A DNA stretch of 64,000 nucleotides from Candidatus Latescibacterota bacterium (lineage in GTDB: Bacteria; Latescibacterota; UBA2968; UBA8231), in the NCBI GenBank assembly GCA_965204725.1, contig OZ242005.1, positions 4,320,001 to 4,384,000 on the forward strand, written 5' to 3'. A program made the translations under genes and the position numbers. How positions within the stretch are numbered: the first letter of the stretch is position 1; each line of letters begins with the position of its first letter. Below, one piece after another: positions 39,218 to 50,317 of this stretch. A model generated the notes under the pieces. It ran no database searches and was not told the DNA's origin. It was given only the letters and a program-made list of their open reading frames with translations.

Positions 39218-41566
39218 ATGGTCCATGCCGGAGAATTGACTGCGGTCGAGCGCAGGGCCGTCGCGGCCTCGCCTTTTGCGGCACACTACCCTCCGACCGA
39301 ACGCATCAAGACCATTGTGGTCGAGCACTTCCCGGCCCTCGGCAAGCTAGCGGCCATGCGCTTTGTCGAGTGGGTCCAAGACCATCCCGGCGGCGTGGTC
39401 TCGCTGCCGACAGGTAAGACGCCCGAGCACTTTATCCGCTGGGTCGAGCGGCTGCTGAGGCATTGGGACGCGGCCGACATTCGTCGCCAACTCGAAGAGG
39501 CCGGCGTTGATCCCCAGCGCAAGCCGGACCTGCGCAGCCTGCACTTTGTGCAAATCGACGAATTTTACCCGATTGACCCTCGGCAGGACAACAGTTTCTA
39601 CGCCTATGTAAACCGCTTCTACATCGAGGGCTTTGGCTTGGACCCGGCTAGGGCTATGCGAATTAACTGCGCTGAGATCGGCTTGCGAGACGGCCAAACC
39701 TTAAACGAGGTGTGGCCAGACGGCACCGTGGATCTCTCGCTGCGCTATCGGGCCGCCCGCACCTCGCTTGAGCGCGTCCAGCAGGACGCATTGCGGCGGA
39801 TTGACCAGTGGTGCCAAGAGTACGAGGAGCAAATCCGCGCCCTCGGGGGCATTGGTTTTTTCTTAGGCGGCATTGGCCCGGACGGGCACATTGGCTTTAA
39901 CGTGCGCGGCTCGGACCATTTTTCGACGACTAGGCTGACGGGGATCAACTACGAAACGCAGGCCGCGGCCGCCAGCGACTTGGGCGGCATTGAGGTGGCG
40001 CGCAAGCGGCTGGTCATCACCATCGGCCTAGGCACGATCGTTGGCAATACCGACTGCTGTGCCCTGATCATCGTCGCCGGCGAGACCAAGGCCGGTATTG
40101 TCGCCGCCGCGGTCGAGCAGGCTCCCGACGTGCGCTATCCGGCCACGGCACTGCATCGCTTACCCAAGGCGCGGTTCTACGTCACCCAAGGAGCGGCCAA
40201 GAAGCTCAGGGCTAGGCGGCTCGTGCTCGTGCAGCAACGGGCCGCCATGGACGACGAGATGGTGGAGAAGATCGTCATCGACTTAGCCTGTAGCTTGGGC
40301 AAAAAGGTCGTCGATCTGACCGCGGAGGACCTAGCGCGGGATGCGTTGGGCGCGGTGCTTTTGCAGCAGCACACCCAACAGGTCGATGCCTTGACGCGCA
40401 GGGTGCGCGACCGCTTGGTCGGCAAGATCGAGCGGGGCGCTCAGACCCTTTCCGGGACGCGCTTCCTACACACGGAGCCGCACCACGACGACCTAATGCT
40501 GGGCTACCTGTCTTATATCGTCCGCCATGTGCGCGACGCGACCAATGTGCATTATTTCGCCTGCTTTACCGGCGGTTTTACGGCGGTGACCAACCGCTTT
40601 ATCGAGGCTCACTTGCAACGGCTGCGGCACTTTTTGCCCACCCCTGAGTGCGCTGCGCTGTGGGCGCAAGGCTACTTTGACCCCAGTCTTGAAAACGGCC
40701 GCAACCGCGATGTCTGGCAGTACCTCGACGGGATCGCCGCGGCGGACCCGCTCGTGTGCGACGAGGGGACGGCCCGGCGCTTTTTGCGGAATCTCGTCGC
40801 GCTGTACGGAGTTGAGGATCTCGACGGTATTGAGGCCCGGTTGACGGAACTGGAGGCTTACTTCGCCAGTCGCTATCCGGGGCAAAAGGATGCGCCCGAG
40901 GTCCAGATGCTCAAAGGCAAATGTCGCGAGTGGGAAGCCGAGTGTCTTTGGGGGTATTTTGGCTGGGACTGCGCCAGCGTCAAACACCTGAGCCTCGGCT
41001 TTTACACCGGCGACATCTTCACGCAAGAGCCAACGCTCGAAGGCGATGTACCGCCCGTCCTCGCGCTCCTCAACCAAGTAGAGCCCGACGTGGTCGGCGT
41101 AGCCCTAGACCCAGAGGCCAGCGGGCCGGACACTCACTACAAGGTGCTACAAGTGATCTCTGAGGCCCTCCGCCGCTACGAGCGGCAAAGCGGACGCTCT
41201 GGTATCAAGGTCTGGGGCTACCGCAACGTGTGGTATCGCTTTGACCCGAGCGAGGCCAATATCTTCGTGCCGGTTTCGCTCAATATGTTCTCGGTCATGC
41301 ACAGTGCTTTTATGAATACCTTTATCTCCCAGCGCGACGCCTCGTTCCCCAGTTACGAGCACGACGGCCCCTTCTCCGAACTGGCGCAGCAGGTACAGGT
41401 CAATCAGTACCAGAAGCTCAAAACCTGCCTCGGCCACAAGTGGTTCCACGAACACCCCAGCCCCCTAATCCGCGCCACGCGGGGACTCGTCTTCCTCAAG
41501 GAAATGGACTTAGCCGAATTCTATGAACGCAGTCGAGCACTTAAACAAGCGGCTGAAAACCGCTGA
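39218..41566 (+). CDS. nagB: Long-form glucosamine-6-phosphate deaminase with PIG-L-like C-terminal domain
   Basis: LPTGKTP, QIDEFYP, GGIGPDGHIGFN; C-terminal PHHDD and DP..SGPDTH. Confidence 0.85.
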   Translation: MVHAGELTAVERRAVAASPFAAHYPPTERIKTIVVEHFPALGKLAAMRFVEWVQDHPGGVVSLPTGKTPEHFIRWVERLLRHWDAADIRRQLEEAGVDPQRKPDLRSLHFVQIDEFYPIDPRQDNSFYAYVNRFYIEGFGLDPARAMRINCAEIGLRDGQTLNEVWPDGTVDLSLRYRAARTSLERVQQDALRRIDQWCQEYEEQIRALGGIGFFLGGIGPDGHIGFNVRGSDHFSTTRLTGINYETQAAAASDLGGIEVARKRLVITIGLGTIVGNTDCCALIIVAGETKAGIVAAAVEQAPDVRYPATALHRLPKARFYVTQGAAKKLRARRLVLVQQRAAMDDEMVEKIVIDLACSLGKKVVDLTAEDLARDALGAVLLQQHTQQVDALTRRVRDRLVGKIERGAQTLSGTRFLHTEPHHDDLMLGYLSYIVRHVRDATNVHYFACFTGGFTAVTNRFIEAHLQRLRHFLPTPECAALWAQGYFDPSLENGRNRDVWQYLDGIAAADPLVCDEGTARRFLRNLVALYGVEDLDGIEARLTELEAYFASRYPGQKDAPEVQMLKGKCREWEAECLWGYFGWDCASVKHLSLGFYTGDIFTQEPTLEGDVPPVLALLNQVEPDVVGVALDPEASGPDTHYKVLQVISEALRRYERQSGRSGIKVWGYRNVWYRFDPSEANIFVPVSLNMFSVMHSAFMNTFISQRDASFPSYEHDGPFSELAQQVQVNQYQKLKTCLGHKWFHEHPSPLIRATRGLVFLKEMDLAEFYERSRALKQAAENR

Positions 41567-41579
41567 GAAAGGACCAACA

Positions 41580-42095
41580 ATGCTTAGCGAAAAAATACAA
41601 CAAGCCCTCAACGATCAGCTTAACTCCGAGTTTGCCTCGGCCTATACGTATTTGTCGCTGGCGGCCTATTTTGAAGACCTAGAGCTCAATGGGTTCGCTC
41701 ACTGGATGAAAATTCAGTACCAAGAGGAGCTGATGCACGCCGAACGGATCTACGCCTTCATCAACGACCGCGATGGCCGCGTGCGCTTGCAGGCCCTCGC
41801 CGCGCCCCGCAACGAGTGGGACTCGCCGCTGGACGCCTTCAAATACGCCCTAGCAGGCGAGCAAGCTCTGAGTAAGAAAATCTATGCGGTGGTAGATGAG
41901 GCCCTCGCCGAGCGCGACCACGCAACCCATACCTTCATGCAGTGGTTCGTCAACGAGCAGGTGGAGGAGGAGGCCATCGTCCGCAATATCGTCAGCGATA
42001 TGGAGCTGATTATCGAAAGCCGCGATGGCCTCTTTCTAATGGATCGGGATCTAGCGGGCAGGAAGCCGCAGGCCGAAGGAGAAGGCCCTGCTTGA
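41580..42095 (+). CDS. ftnA: Non-heme ferritin
   Basis: LNDQLNSEF.SAY.YL, EE..HA, FMQWFVNEQVEEE. Confidence 0.92.
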   Translation: MLSEKIQQALNDQLNSEFASAYTYLSLAAYFEDLELNGFAHWMKIQYQEELMHAERIYAFINDRDGRVRLQALAAPRNEWDSPLDAFKYALAGEQALSKKIYAVVDEALAERDHATHTFMQWFVNEQVEEEAIVRNIVSDMELIIESRDGLFLMDRDLAGRKPQAEGEGPA

Positions 42096-42112
42096 CCGGC
42101 CCGGTCTTTTTT
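42094..42112 (+). terminator. Putative intrinsic terminator after ferritin
   Basis: GACCG-GCC-CGGTC hairpin followed by T6. Confidence 0.55.
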
Positions 42113-42123
42113 GCCTATGAGGC

Positions 42124-42148
42124 GTCATCCCGCGCAAGCGGGAATCCA
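42124..42148. repeat. GTCAT(T)CCCGCG-N-GCGGGAATCCA-type REP-like palindrome
   Basis: GTCATCCCGCGCAAGCGGGAATCCA, resembling a widespread intergenic REP/dRS3-like motif; lies between convergent genes. Confidence 0.65.
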
Positions 42149-42197
42149 GCCGGGATCGTTTAGACCCAAAGGACGACACCAGAGTTTCAAGCCGCTT

Positions 42198-44126
42198 CTA
42201 AAAAGCAAAATTGAAGCCCAGCGTGGGAATGATGGGCAACTGTTTGATCTTTCGTGGATCCACTTCGGGTTCAACCGAGTCAAGCTGCACAAACCACTCG
42301 TTGCGGCGGCTGTACATATTGAATATCTGCACATAGAACTCGCTGTCGGCTCCCCACAGCTCAAACGACCGGCAGGTGCTGACATTGAGGCGATGATAGG
42401 GCCGCAGGCGAGCGCTGTTGCGCCCAGCAGGAGACGCGGAAGGGGGCGTAAACGCCTGTCCCGTGGCGTACACCCAGTTCGCGCCGAGCCGCCAAGCTCC
42501 CACCTTGTAGGAGGCGACAAAAGACAGGTCGTGGCGGCGGTCGTGCTTGGGGGGAAAGGACCGACCGGCATTGAGCTCGGGGAACGTCCGCCGCGTCCAA
42601 CCCAGCGCGTAGCCTACCCAGCCGGTGAGCGCGCCGGTGCGCCGCTGCCAAAACACCTCCAGCCCCCCCGACCAACCCCGGCCGCCGCTTTTGAACACAG
42701 CGTCCGAGCGCGTGTCTTCGTTGTCAATAGCCACTTCGGTATCCTCTACCACTAGATTGGCGAGGTCCGTGTAATAAGCCGTCACAGAAAGCTGGTAGCG
42801 CGGCGAAGGGGTCCACTCAACGCCGGTGACGGCCTGATAGGATCGACCCGGCTCGACCGTGCCGTCCAAAGGCACCCAGAAGTCGCCGCCGCGGAAGGCT
42901 TCTGTGGTGATCAGTTGCAGGTGTTGGCGGTACACCCCGCCAGCGGCCGTAACCCGGATTTTGTCGCTCAACGCCCGGCTCAAGGCCAGCCGCGGTGCGA
43001 AGTGCCAGCGATTGCCTGCACTGAAGTACGTCCCGCGCCCGCCCAGCCGCACCCACGTGGTCGGCCCGAGCCGCCACTCGTCCTGCACGTAGCCCTCCAC
43101 CAGCACCGGCTCTGGGCGCAAGTCGAGCTGAGTCCGCTCGTTGAAGGATCGGGTAAAGTGAAATTCAAATAGGGTGGCCAAAAAGCCCAAAGAAAGCGTG
43201 TGATCGCGGTTGGCGAAGTAATCCAAATCGCCCTTGAGCGACAAATCGCGGATGCGGTTGGCGATGCGGACGGGCGCGTCGAGAAAATGGAGCGCGATGA
43301 TGCTTTCGTACGACGAGCCAGCCGCCATAAAGTGGCCGAATAGGGCCGGCGAGAACACCCGCGTCCAGTGCGCGGTCAGGGCGCGGTTTCCCCAGCGCAG
43401 ATGGACGAAGGACTCTCCATCGTCTTCAAAATCCATCCGCAAGTCGTCTCGTCCCCAGTACGTGCTCGCGGTGTAGGTGTCGTCGCCGCGCCGCTGGTTG
43501 ACTTTGCCATTGAAGTCGTAGAAGAAATAGTTCGAGGGGATGTCCTCCCCGCGGGCGCGGAGGGCACTAAACACGCCGTCTAAGTAGGTGCGGCGCCCGG
43601 CTAGCATCCACGACCCTTGGCCCACCGGCCCTTCGGCCAGCAAGCGCCCCGAAATCAAGCTCACGCCGCCGCGGCCGCTAGTTCGCTTGCGGTTGCCCTC
43701 GCGGCTGCTCACGTCGAGCACCGCTCCGAGTGCCCGGCCATACTGAGCGGGGTAGGCTCCCTTGTACAGATTGACCTCCTTGATGGCGTCCGGGTTAAAG
43801 GTGGAGAAGAAGCCGAAAAGGTGCGAGGGATTGTACAGGGGGGTGTGGTCGAGCAAGATGGCTGTCTGGCCGGGGTCGCCGCCGCGCACGTACAGGCCGC
43901 TGCTCATATCCGAAGTCGCTTGGATGCCCGGCAGTAGCTGTAAGCCGCGCAAAAAGTCGGCCTCGCCGAGAGCGGGTAATTGCTGCAACGGCTGGGCGCG
44001 GAGGCTAACGCGCTCGGCCTCCACCGCGACCTCTGCGCCCGCGTCCTCCGGCTTGGTCTCCGCCGCCGCCGACCCAGCCCAGAGAAGCCACGCGGCCAGC
44101 ACTAGCGCATTTTTTGGTCCCTTCAC
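42198..44126 (-). CDS. TonB-dependent receptor
   Basis: Signal peptide; plug LQLLPG...GLYVRGG...YNPSHLFGFFSTFN, YPAQYG; C-terminal aromatic GFNFAF. Confidence 0.88.
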   Translation of the reverse strand: MKGPKNALVLAAWLLWAGSAAAETKPEDAGAEVAVEAERVSLRAQPLQQLPALGEADFLRGLQLLPGIQATSDMSSGLYVRGGDPGQTAILLDHTPLYNPSHLFGFFSTFNPDAIKEVNLYKGAYPAQYGRALGAVLDVSSREGNRKRTSGRGGVSLISGRLLAEGPVGQGSWMLAGRRTYLDGVFSALRARGEDIPSNYFFYDFNGKVNQRRGDDTYTASTYWGRDDLRMDFEDDGESFVHLRWGNRALTAHWTRVFSPALFGHFMAAGSSYESIIALHFLDAPVRIANRIRDLSLKGDLDYFANRDHTLSLGFLATLFEFHFTRSFNERTQLDLRPEPVLVEGYVQDEWRLGPTTWVRLGGRGTYFSAGNRWHFAPRLALSRALSDKIRVTAAGGVYRQHLQLITTEAFRGGDFWVPLDGTVEPGRSYQAVTGVEWTPSPRYQLSVTAYYTDLANLVVEDTEVAIDNEDTRSDAVFKSGGRGWSGGLEVFWQRRTGALTGWVGYALGWTRRTFPELNAGRSFPPKHDRRHDLSFVASYKVGAWRLGANWVYATGQAFTPPSASPAGRNSARLRPYHRLNVSTCRSFELWGADSEFYVQIFNMYSRRNEWFVQLDSVEPEVDPRKIKQLPIIPTLGFNFAF

Positions 44127-44309
44127 TATCTTGGCGCGGTTTTGCGATTCTTTGTCATTTGCTCTAATCTGCTTGGAACCAAGGATTAGGGCAACTAAAT
44201 AGGGCTACTATTAGGTATGGTTTGAAAAGTCCACCGTCGTTATACTTGAAACCCCCAAGCCCAAAAAGTGTCTGCCGTATTCACCGCCACGCAAAAGGAC
44301 GGCCGCTCC

Positions 44310-45644
44310 ATGACTACCGACCGCATTTTCCACCGCGTCATTACCGACAACTGGCCGCAAATTTCCCACGGCAAAGCCTGCTATCTCTATGCCGAAGACG
44401 GCCGCGCTTACCTCGATGCTTGCGCCGGCGTCCACGTGGTCTCCATCGGCCACGGCGTCCCGGAGATCGCTGAGGTCATGCGGGAGCAGGCGAACAAGGT
44501 CTGCTTTACCTACGCCCGCTTCCTCACTCAACCGCAAATCGACCTTGCCGACAAAATCGCCGCCATGGCCCCCGGCGACCTCAACCGCGTTTTCTTCGTC
44601 TCCGGCGGCTCCGAAGCCACGGAGTCCGCGCTCAAGATCGCCCGCAAGTACCACGTCGAGACCGGCAACCCAAAGAAGTACAAGGTCGTCACCCGCTGGC
44701 AGAGCTGGCACGGCAATACCATCGGCGCGCTTTCCATGTCGGGCCGTTCCACTTGGCGCGAGGACTACGTGCCCTATCTGCTCGACTTTCCGCACATCGC
44801 CTTCCCCCACCCCAATCACTGCCCGTACTGCCGCGATCGACCCGCCTGTACGCTCGCCTGCGCCGAAGAACTGGAGCGGGTCATCAAACAGGAGGGCAGC
44901 GAGTACATCGCCGCCTTCATCGCTGAACCCATCCCGGGCACTTCTTGCTGCGGCCTAATGCCGCCGCCCGACTACTTCCCCACCATCCGCGCAATATGCG
45001 ACCGCTACAACATCCTGATGATCATCGACGAAGTCGTCACCGGCTACGGACGCACGGGCCTCAACTTTGGCATTGAGCACTGGGACGCTATTCCAGACAT
45101 CATGGCCACCGGCAAGGGCCTCAGCAGCGGGTACACACCCATTGCCGCCACCCTAGTCCGCGACGAGATCTACGATGGGATCTACAAGCGACAAAACCAC
45201 TACGTCCACGGGCACACCTACGGCGGCAATCCGCTCTCTTGCGCCGTTGCGCTCGCCGTGCAGGACTACATCCAAGCCCACGACCTAGTCGCCCGCTGCG
45301 CCCAGATGGGGGCCTTAATGCTGGAGAAGATGCAGCCTTTAATGGACTCTCCCATAGTCAGTGCCGTGCGCGGCAAGGGCCTGCTCACCGGCGTGGAGTT
45401 CGCAAAGGACAAGGCGACCCACACTCCCTTCGACCCCGCTCAGGGCGTGGCGGCCGCGGTCGTCAATCGCGCCTTTGCCAAAGGCGTTCTCATCATGCCC
45501 GGGTCGCCCGGGTTAATCGATGGCGTCAGCGGCGATCACATTGCCATCAGTCCGCCCTTTACCATTGGCGAAGAACAGGTCGAGGAAATCGCGCAGGTGA
45601 TCGCGGACGTGGTGGGAGAAATGGAACGGGAATTGGGATATTGA
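44310..45644 (+). CDS. Class-III PLP-dependent aminotransferase
   Basis: SGGSEATE, SWHGNT, FIAEP, DEVVTGYGRTG, PDIMATGKGL, GHTYGGNP. Confidence 0.93.
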   Translation: MTTDRIFHRVITDNWPQISHGKACYLYAEDGRAYLDACAGVHVVSIGHGVPEIAEVMREQANKVCFTYARFLTQPQIDLADKIAAMAPGDLNRVFFVSGGSEATESALKIARKYHVETGNPKKYKVVTRWQSWHGNTIGALSMSGRSTWREDYVPYLLDFPHIAFPHPNHCPYCRDRPACTLACAEELERVIKQEGSEYIAAFIAEPIPGTSCCGLMPPPDYFPTIRAICDRYNILMIIDEVVTGYGRTGLNFGIEHWDAIPDIMATGKGLSSGYTPIAATLVRDEIYDGIYKRQNHYVHGHTYGGNPLSCAVALAVQDYIQAHDLVARCAQMGALMLEKMQPLMDSPIVSAVRGKGLLTGVEFAKDKATHTPFDPAQGVAAAVVNRAFAKGVLIMPGSPGLIDGVSGDHIAISPPFTIGEEQVEEIAQVIADVVGEMERELGY

Positions 45645-45689
45645 GCCAGAAAAAACCGCGCATCTACATTGCCCGTAAGGAGGATTACC

Positions 45690-46772
45690 ATGAAACTCGG
45701 CACCTTTATGATGCCCTTGCATCCGCCGGAAAAGGACCGCACCGAATGTTTTGCCGAGGACGTCGAGTTCGTCGTCCGCGCCGACCAGCTTGGCTTCACC
45801 GAAGCTTGGATCGGCCAACATCACACCGTGGCTTGGGAGCCGATCCCGTCCAACGACCTCTTCATCGCCCACGTTCTGCCCCTGACGCAAAACATCCGTT
45901 TAGGCACGGGCGTCTCCATCATGCCGCAGCACCACCCGGTCAATGTCGCCGTGCGCTTGGCCTTTCTCGACCACCTGTCCAAGGGCCGCCTCAACTGCGG
46001 TTTCGGCCAAGGTGGCGTCGCGACCGACTGGGGCCTTTTTGATCTGCCCGATCCCAAGACGCAAGGGCTGATGACCGTTGAGAGTATCGACATGGTCCTC
46101 AAGCTCTGGCAGGCGGAGGCCCCTTTTGACTTTGCGGGGGATTTCTACCGCATCAAAATTGAGGAGCCGCAGCCCGAGCTCGGCATCGGTCAGCTGCTCA
46201 AGCCCTACCAGCACCCGCACCCGCCCATTGGTATGAGCGTGATAAAAGGCGACTCCATGGCCGCGACCATGGCGGGCCAGCGGGGCTATCTACCCATCAG
46301 CACCAACCTCGTCGCTCCTTCGACCTTGACCCAGCACTGGCAGACCTACAGCACCGGCGCCGCCGAGGCCGGTTTGCCGACGCCCGAGCGCACTCGCTGG
46401 CGCATCTCGCGCAGCATCCTCGTCGCCGATGACGAAGCGTGCGCTTGGGACTACGCCCTCGACGAGAAGAGTGCTTTCAACCGCGCCTTTGAATACCTGA
46501 TTGCCGTACTCAGCGGCGCCAAAATGCTCCACATTACAAAGCACGACCCGGCGGTCCCCGACGAGGAGGTCACGCCCGAATACCTGATCAAGAACCTGTG
46601 CATAATAGGCGACGTACCGTCGTGCGTCCGTCAGCTAGAGCACTTGTGGGAGACGACCGGGGGCTTCGACACGCTACTGATGATCGCCCACGACTGGGAC
46701 GACCGCCCGCTATGGGAGCACTCCATGGACCTGCTCGCCAACCAAGTCGTGCCGAAATTGCCTTCGGTCTAG
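45690..46772 (+). CDS. LLM-class flavin-dependent monooxygenase
   Basis: FMMPLHPP, GFTEAWIGQH, IRLGTGV, LDHLSKGR. Confidence 0.9.
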   Translation: MKLGTFMMPLHPPEKDRTECFAEDVEFVVRADQLGFTEAWIGQHHTVAWEPIPSNDLFIAHVLPLTQNIRLGTGVSIMPQHHPVNVAVRLAFLDHLSKGRLNCGFGQGGVATDWGLFDLPDPKTQGLMTVESIDMVLKLWQAEAPFDFAGDFYRIKIEEPQPELGIGQLLKPYQHPHPPIGMSVIKGDSMAATMAGQRGYLPISTNLVAPSTLTQHWQTYSTGAAEAGLPTPERTRWRISRSILVADDEACAWDYALDEKSAFNRAFEYLIAVLSGAKMLHITKHDPAVPDEEVTPEYLIKNLCIIGDVPSCVRQLEHLWETTGGFDTLLMIAHDWDDRPLWEHSMDLLANQVVPKLPSV

Positions 46773-46865
46773 GGGAATGTAGCTTTGGATGGCTTCTGGG
46801 CCGCAAATTCTCCGTGAGCCGAAGTAGAACTCGGCGACTGCATCGCAGACTTGAAAGGCGACAAT

Positions 46866-47459
46866 ATGCCTGCAACGATTCTCGACAGGTGGGATATGAC
46901 CCCGGAAGAGCTTACGAAGCTAGTAGAGGACAACCCTAGCCTTCGCGGCATGATTCTGGGGTACTTGGCGGAACTCAAGCTCGAAAAGCTCTGGCTGTCG
47001 GGCGACAACGTTTCAGAGGTCACCAAGCACGATGACCACAATAGAAAGAAGAAGGGCGACCGAGTTATCCGGTACAAGGGACAGGAGTTCATTTTTGAAT
47101 CGAAATCGCTACAAAGCGCGACGATTGAGAAGACCCAAGAGGGATGGAAGGGAAAGGCCCAAGTCGATGCAAGCGATCGCCGGGAGATAGTGCTTCCAGA
47201 CAACAGCCGCGTAACGACAACTTGTCTGCGAAAGGGGGAGTTCGATATTCTCGCGGTCAACGTATTTGCGTTTGAAGAGAAATGGCGGTTTGTCTTTGCC
47301 AAGAACTCTGATCTTCCCATGTCAGGTTATCGGAAGTATAGCCCATATCAACGCCAGCACCTTTTGGCGACCCTTGTAACCGTCCATTGGCCCCCGAGAC
47401 CGCCATTCAGCGACGAGCCTTTCACGCTTATGAATGAGATCATTCAGAAGCGCATCTGA
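46866..47459 (+). CDS. Putative type II restriction endonuclease
   Basis: NPSLRGM..GY.AE, GD...FESKS (PD-(D/E)xK-like); convergent with and overlapping a DNA MTase; lower GC. Confidence 0.65.
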   Translation: MPATILDRWDMTPEELTKLVEDNPSLRGMILGYLAELKLEKLWLSGDNVSEVTKHDDHNRKKKGDRVIRYKGQEFIFESKSLQSATIEKTQEGWKGKAQVDASDRREIVLPDNSRVTTTCLRKGEFDILAVNVFAFEEKWRFVFAKNSDLPMSGYRKYSPYQRQHLLATLVTVHWPPRPPFSDEPFTLMNEIIQKRI

Positions 47460-48217
47460 TCAGCGGTCTTTCCTTTGGGGACTTTTATGAATACAAGAAA
47501 GTAGGAATGGTTCTTTCTCGCGTGGACCTGTTTGAGAACGCGACTCATTCCAGGTTTGTTTGGGCGAACGACGACGAATAGATCTTTGCAGAAGAATCCA
47601 AGCTCGGCATAGGCGTTGATGATTTCAACGTGGGTCAGGTTCTGACGGTTCGCGCTGACTTCATCTTGACACTTTACGATCAATACGCCTCGGTCGCGCA
47701 ACACTCGGTGGGCCTCGCGCCCGCTCTCCTCATAGAGTTCTACAACCGCAGCATGCCACCTCCCGCCGCCGCGCACTGGTGCCTCATGTCCGTTGGAATA
47801 GTGGTCTCTAAAGGCATTGTGTGTCCCCGCGCCTGCTTTGATCGCGTTTCCGCTGCGGAAGAACCCTTCCATGTAGGGCGGGTCGAGGACGAGTGCATCG
47901 AATGACTCGCTTTTGTATGGGAGATTGCGACAGTCTGTGCCATCGGCGATATCGGACGGATGCAAGTCGTACTTTGAAGTGTCGATGTTGCGCCAGAAGA
48001 CGCCCTTGCCAAATGTCACGTCGGCGATTTTGGCCCCCTCCTCAATGTGCAGCCTTAAAACAGCCGGGAACACATCCGCGTTATTTCCGATGTACGCGGA
48101 GAAGACTAGGTTTGTCGTGGCGTTTCCAGCGGGGCTTTTTCGGCCAGATGGCGTCCTGCTCTCGCTCATGCCAAAGTCAAGCTCTGACTGGCTCGCGTTC
48201 ATGCTACTTTTTCTCAC
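47444..48217 (-). CDS. Amino (N4C/N6A) DNA methyltransferase
   Basis: SAM motif DVTFGKG, catalytic LDPPY, EAHRVL, ARKNHSY; start uncertain (48217 GTG or 48202 ATG). Confidence 0.85.
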   Translation of the reverse strand: MRKSSMNASQSELDFGMSESRTPSGRKSPAGNATTNLVFSAYIGNNADVFPAVLRLHIEEGAKIADVTFGKGVFWRNIDTSKYDLHPSDIADGTDCRNLPYKSESFDALVLDPPYMEGFFRSGNAIKAGAGTHNAFRDHYSNGHEAPVRGGGRWHAAVVELYEESGREAHRVLRDRGVLIVKCQDEVSANRQNLTHVEIINAYAELGFFCKDLFVVVRPNKPGMSRVLKQVHARKNHSYFLVFIKVPKGKTADQMRF

Positions 48218-48474
48218 TTCACTTTGTTGGGAAGGCGAATACTTAAAGGACGAATCCGAAGCTAGCCGAATGGGAGAACCCCGTCAACGCCTAAGACGCC
48301 TCTATCGGCCTGTTAAAGCCCTCGCCTGTTGGCCCAATGCGAATTATGCGTCGTCAAGATAGACAAGGCCCGCGCTCCGGCCAATCGGCGTCGGTAGCCG
48401 TAAATGCCTTTTCTGGTTAATTTTATGGGCCTACTTTCACTGATTTTCCATTTTATCACCCTCACTCTAAACGG

Positions 48475-50307
48475 ATGATTCTCATGCGGACCGTGCGCTC
48501 ACTAGTTCTCTGCTTTATCCTCGCCTCGGTTGCAGATGCTGCCGACAGCCCCGTTTCCCACACCCACGCCATCACGCTCTACGGCGATCCCAAATACGGG
48601 CCTGATTTTACCCACTTCGACTACGTCAATCCCGACGCCCCCAAAGGCGGCGAAATCCGCCTCGCCGCTATCGGCACCTACGACAACCTCAACCCCTTCA
48701 CCCTCAAGGGGGTCGCCGCGGCCGGTTCGCTGATGCTCTACAACCGGCTCTGCACCAAGTCCCAGGACGAGCCATTCACCGAATACGGCCAGCTCGCCGC
48801 GCAGATCCAGATGCCGGAAGACCGCTCTTGGGTCGTCTTTGAAACCCATCCCGCAGCGCACTGGCACGATGGCGTCCCGGTGACCGCGGCCGACGTGATC
48901 TTCAGCTTTGAAATCCTCACCACCAAGGGCATCCCGTTCTTTCGCACCTTCTACGCCGATGTCGATACCGTCTTCGCGCTCGACGAGCGTCGGGTGAAGT
49001 TCGCGTTCAAAGAGGGGACCAACCGCGAAATGCCGCTGATCATCGGCCAGTTGCGCGTATTGCCCAAGCACTATTGGGAAGGGCGCGAATTTGCGGCCAC
49101 CACGCTTGAGCCTCCTCTGGGCAGCGGTCCGTACAAGATCGTCGAATTCGAGCCGGGCCGCTCCATAACCTATGAGCGCGTCGCAAACTACTGGGGCCGC
49201 GACCTGCCCGTTCACAAGGGCCGGCACAACTTCGACCGCATCCGCTACGAGTACTACCGAGACCAAACTGTGGCCATTGAAGCCTTCAAGACGGGAGCGT
49301 ACGACTGGCGCCTGTTGGGCAACTCCAAGGAATGGGCCACCGCCTACGAAAGTTTCGCGCCGATCGCCGAGGGGCATGTAATCAAGGTGCAGATTCCGCA
49401 CCAACTCATCCGCGGCATGTCGGGCTTTGCGTTCAACACCCGGCGCGACAAGTTCAAAGACCCCAAGGTGCGGCAGGCTCTCGCCTATGCCTACGACTTT
49501 GAATGGACCAACAAGAACCTGTTCTACGGCCTTCTCACCCGCAGCACCAGCTATTGGGGGAACTCAGACCTTGGGGCGTCGGGGCTGCCGTCGGGCCGGG
49601 AGTTGGAAATTTTGGCGGAGTACCGGGGGCGGATCCCCGACGAGGTGTTTACCACGGCCTACGCGCCGCCAGCCACCAACGGCTCGGGCCAGCTCCGCCA
49701 AAACCTGCGCACGGCTAAAAAACTGCTCGCCGAAGCCGGCTGGACCGTCGTCAATGGGGAGCTGGTCCACGCCGCGACGGGCGAGGTAATGCGCTTTGAA
49801 TTCTTGCTCGGCTCCTCGTCGTACGAGCGCGTCCTCAGCCCGCTCGTGCAAAACCTCAAACGCCTCGGCGTTGAGGCGACCATCCGCACCGTTGACGCGG
49901 CCCAATACCAGAATCGCGTCCAAGACTTCGACTTCGACCTTATTGCCGCCTCGTGGCGTCAGACCTTGAGTCCGGGCAACGAGCAGCGCAACTTCTGGTC
50001 GAGTGTGGCCGCGCAATCTGCGGGCAGCCGCAATTACGCTGGCATCGCCGATCCGGTCATCGACGAGCTAATCGAGCGCCAAATCGCCGCGCCCGACCGC
50101 CCAACCCAAGTCGCGATAACCCACGCCCTCGACCGCATCTTGCTCTGGAGCCACTACGTAATCCCCGACTCGCACAGCCGCTCCTATCGCTTGGCCTACT
50201 GGAACAAGCTCGGGCGGATGCCAAAGCCGGCCCCCAATGGGCTGGGCTTTCCCGACACTTGGTGGTACGACGCAGAGAAGGCCGCACGGCTCGAACAGGA
50301 CCGCTAG
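48475..50307 (+). CDS. yejA: Peptide/microcin C ABC transporter substrate-binding protein
   Basis: [42 protein letters not shown]. Confidence 0.88.
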   Translation: MILMRTVRSLVLCFILASVADAADSPVSHTHAITLYGDPKYGPDFTHFDYVNPDAPKGGEIRLAAIGTYDNLNPFTLKGVAAAGSLMLYNRLCTKSQDEPFTEYGQLAAQIQMPEDRSWVVFETHPAAHWHDGVPVTAADVIFSFEILTTKGIPFFRTFYADVDTVFALDERRVKFAFKEGTNREMPLIIGQLRVLPKHYWEGREFAATTLEPPLGSGPYKIVEFEPGRSITYERVANYWGRDLPVHKGRHNFDRIRYEYYRDQTVAIEAFKTGAYDWRLLGNSKEWATAYESFAPIAEGHVIKVQIPHQLIRGMSGFAFNTRRDKFKDPKVRQALAYAYDFEWTNKNLFYGLLTRSTSYWGNSDLGASGLPSGRELEILAEYRGRIPDEVFTTAYAPPATNGSGQLRQNLRTAKKLLAEAGWTVVNGELVHAATGEVMRFEFLLGSSSYERVLSPLVQNLKRLGVEATIRTVDAAQYQNRVQDFDFDLIAASWRQTLSPGNEQRNFWSSVAAQSAGSRNYAGIADPVIDELIERQIAAPDRPTQVAITHALDRILLWSHYVIPDSHSRSYRLAYWNKLGRMPKPAPNGLGFPDTWWYDAEKAARLEQDR

Positions 50308-50317
50308 CCCACCTTTT

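Noticed and set aside
39218-41566. NagB fused to a PIG-L-like domain as a novelty
   Set aside because: Long-form NagB with this domain is already known, e.g. in Bacteroidota
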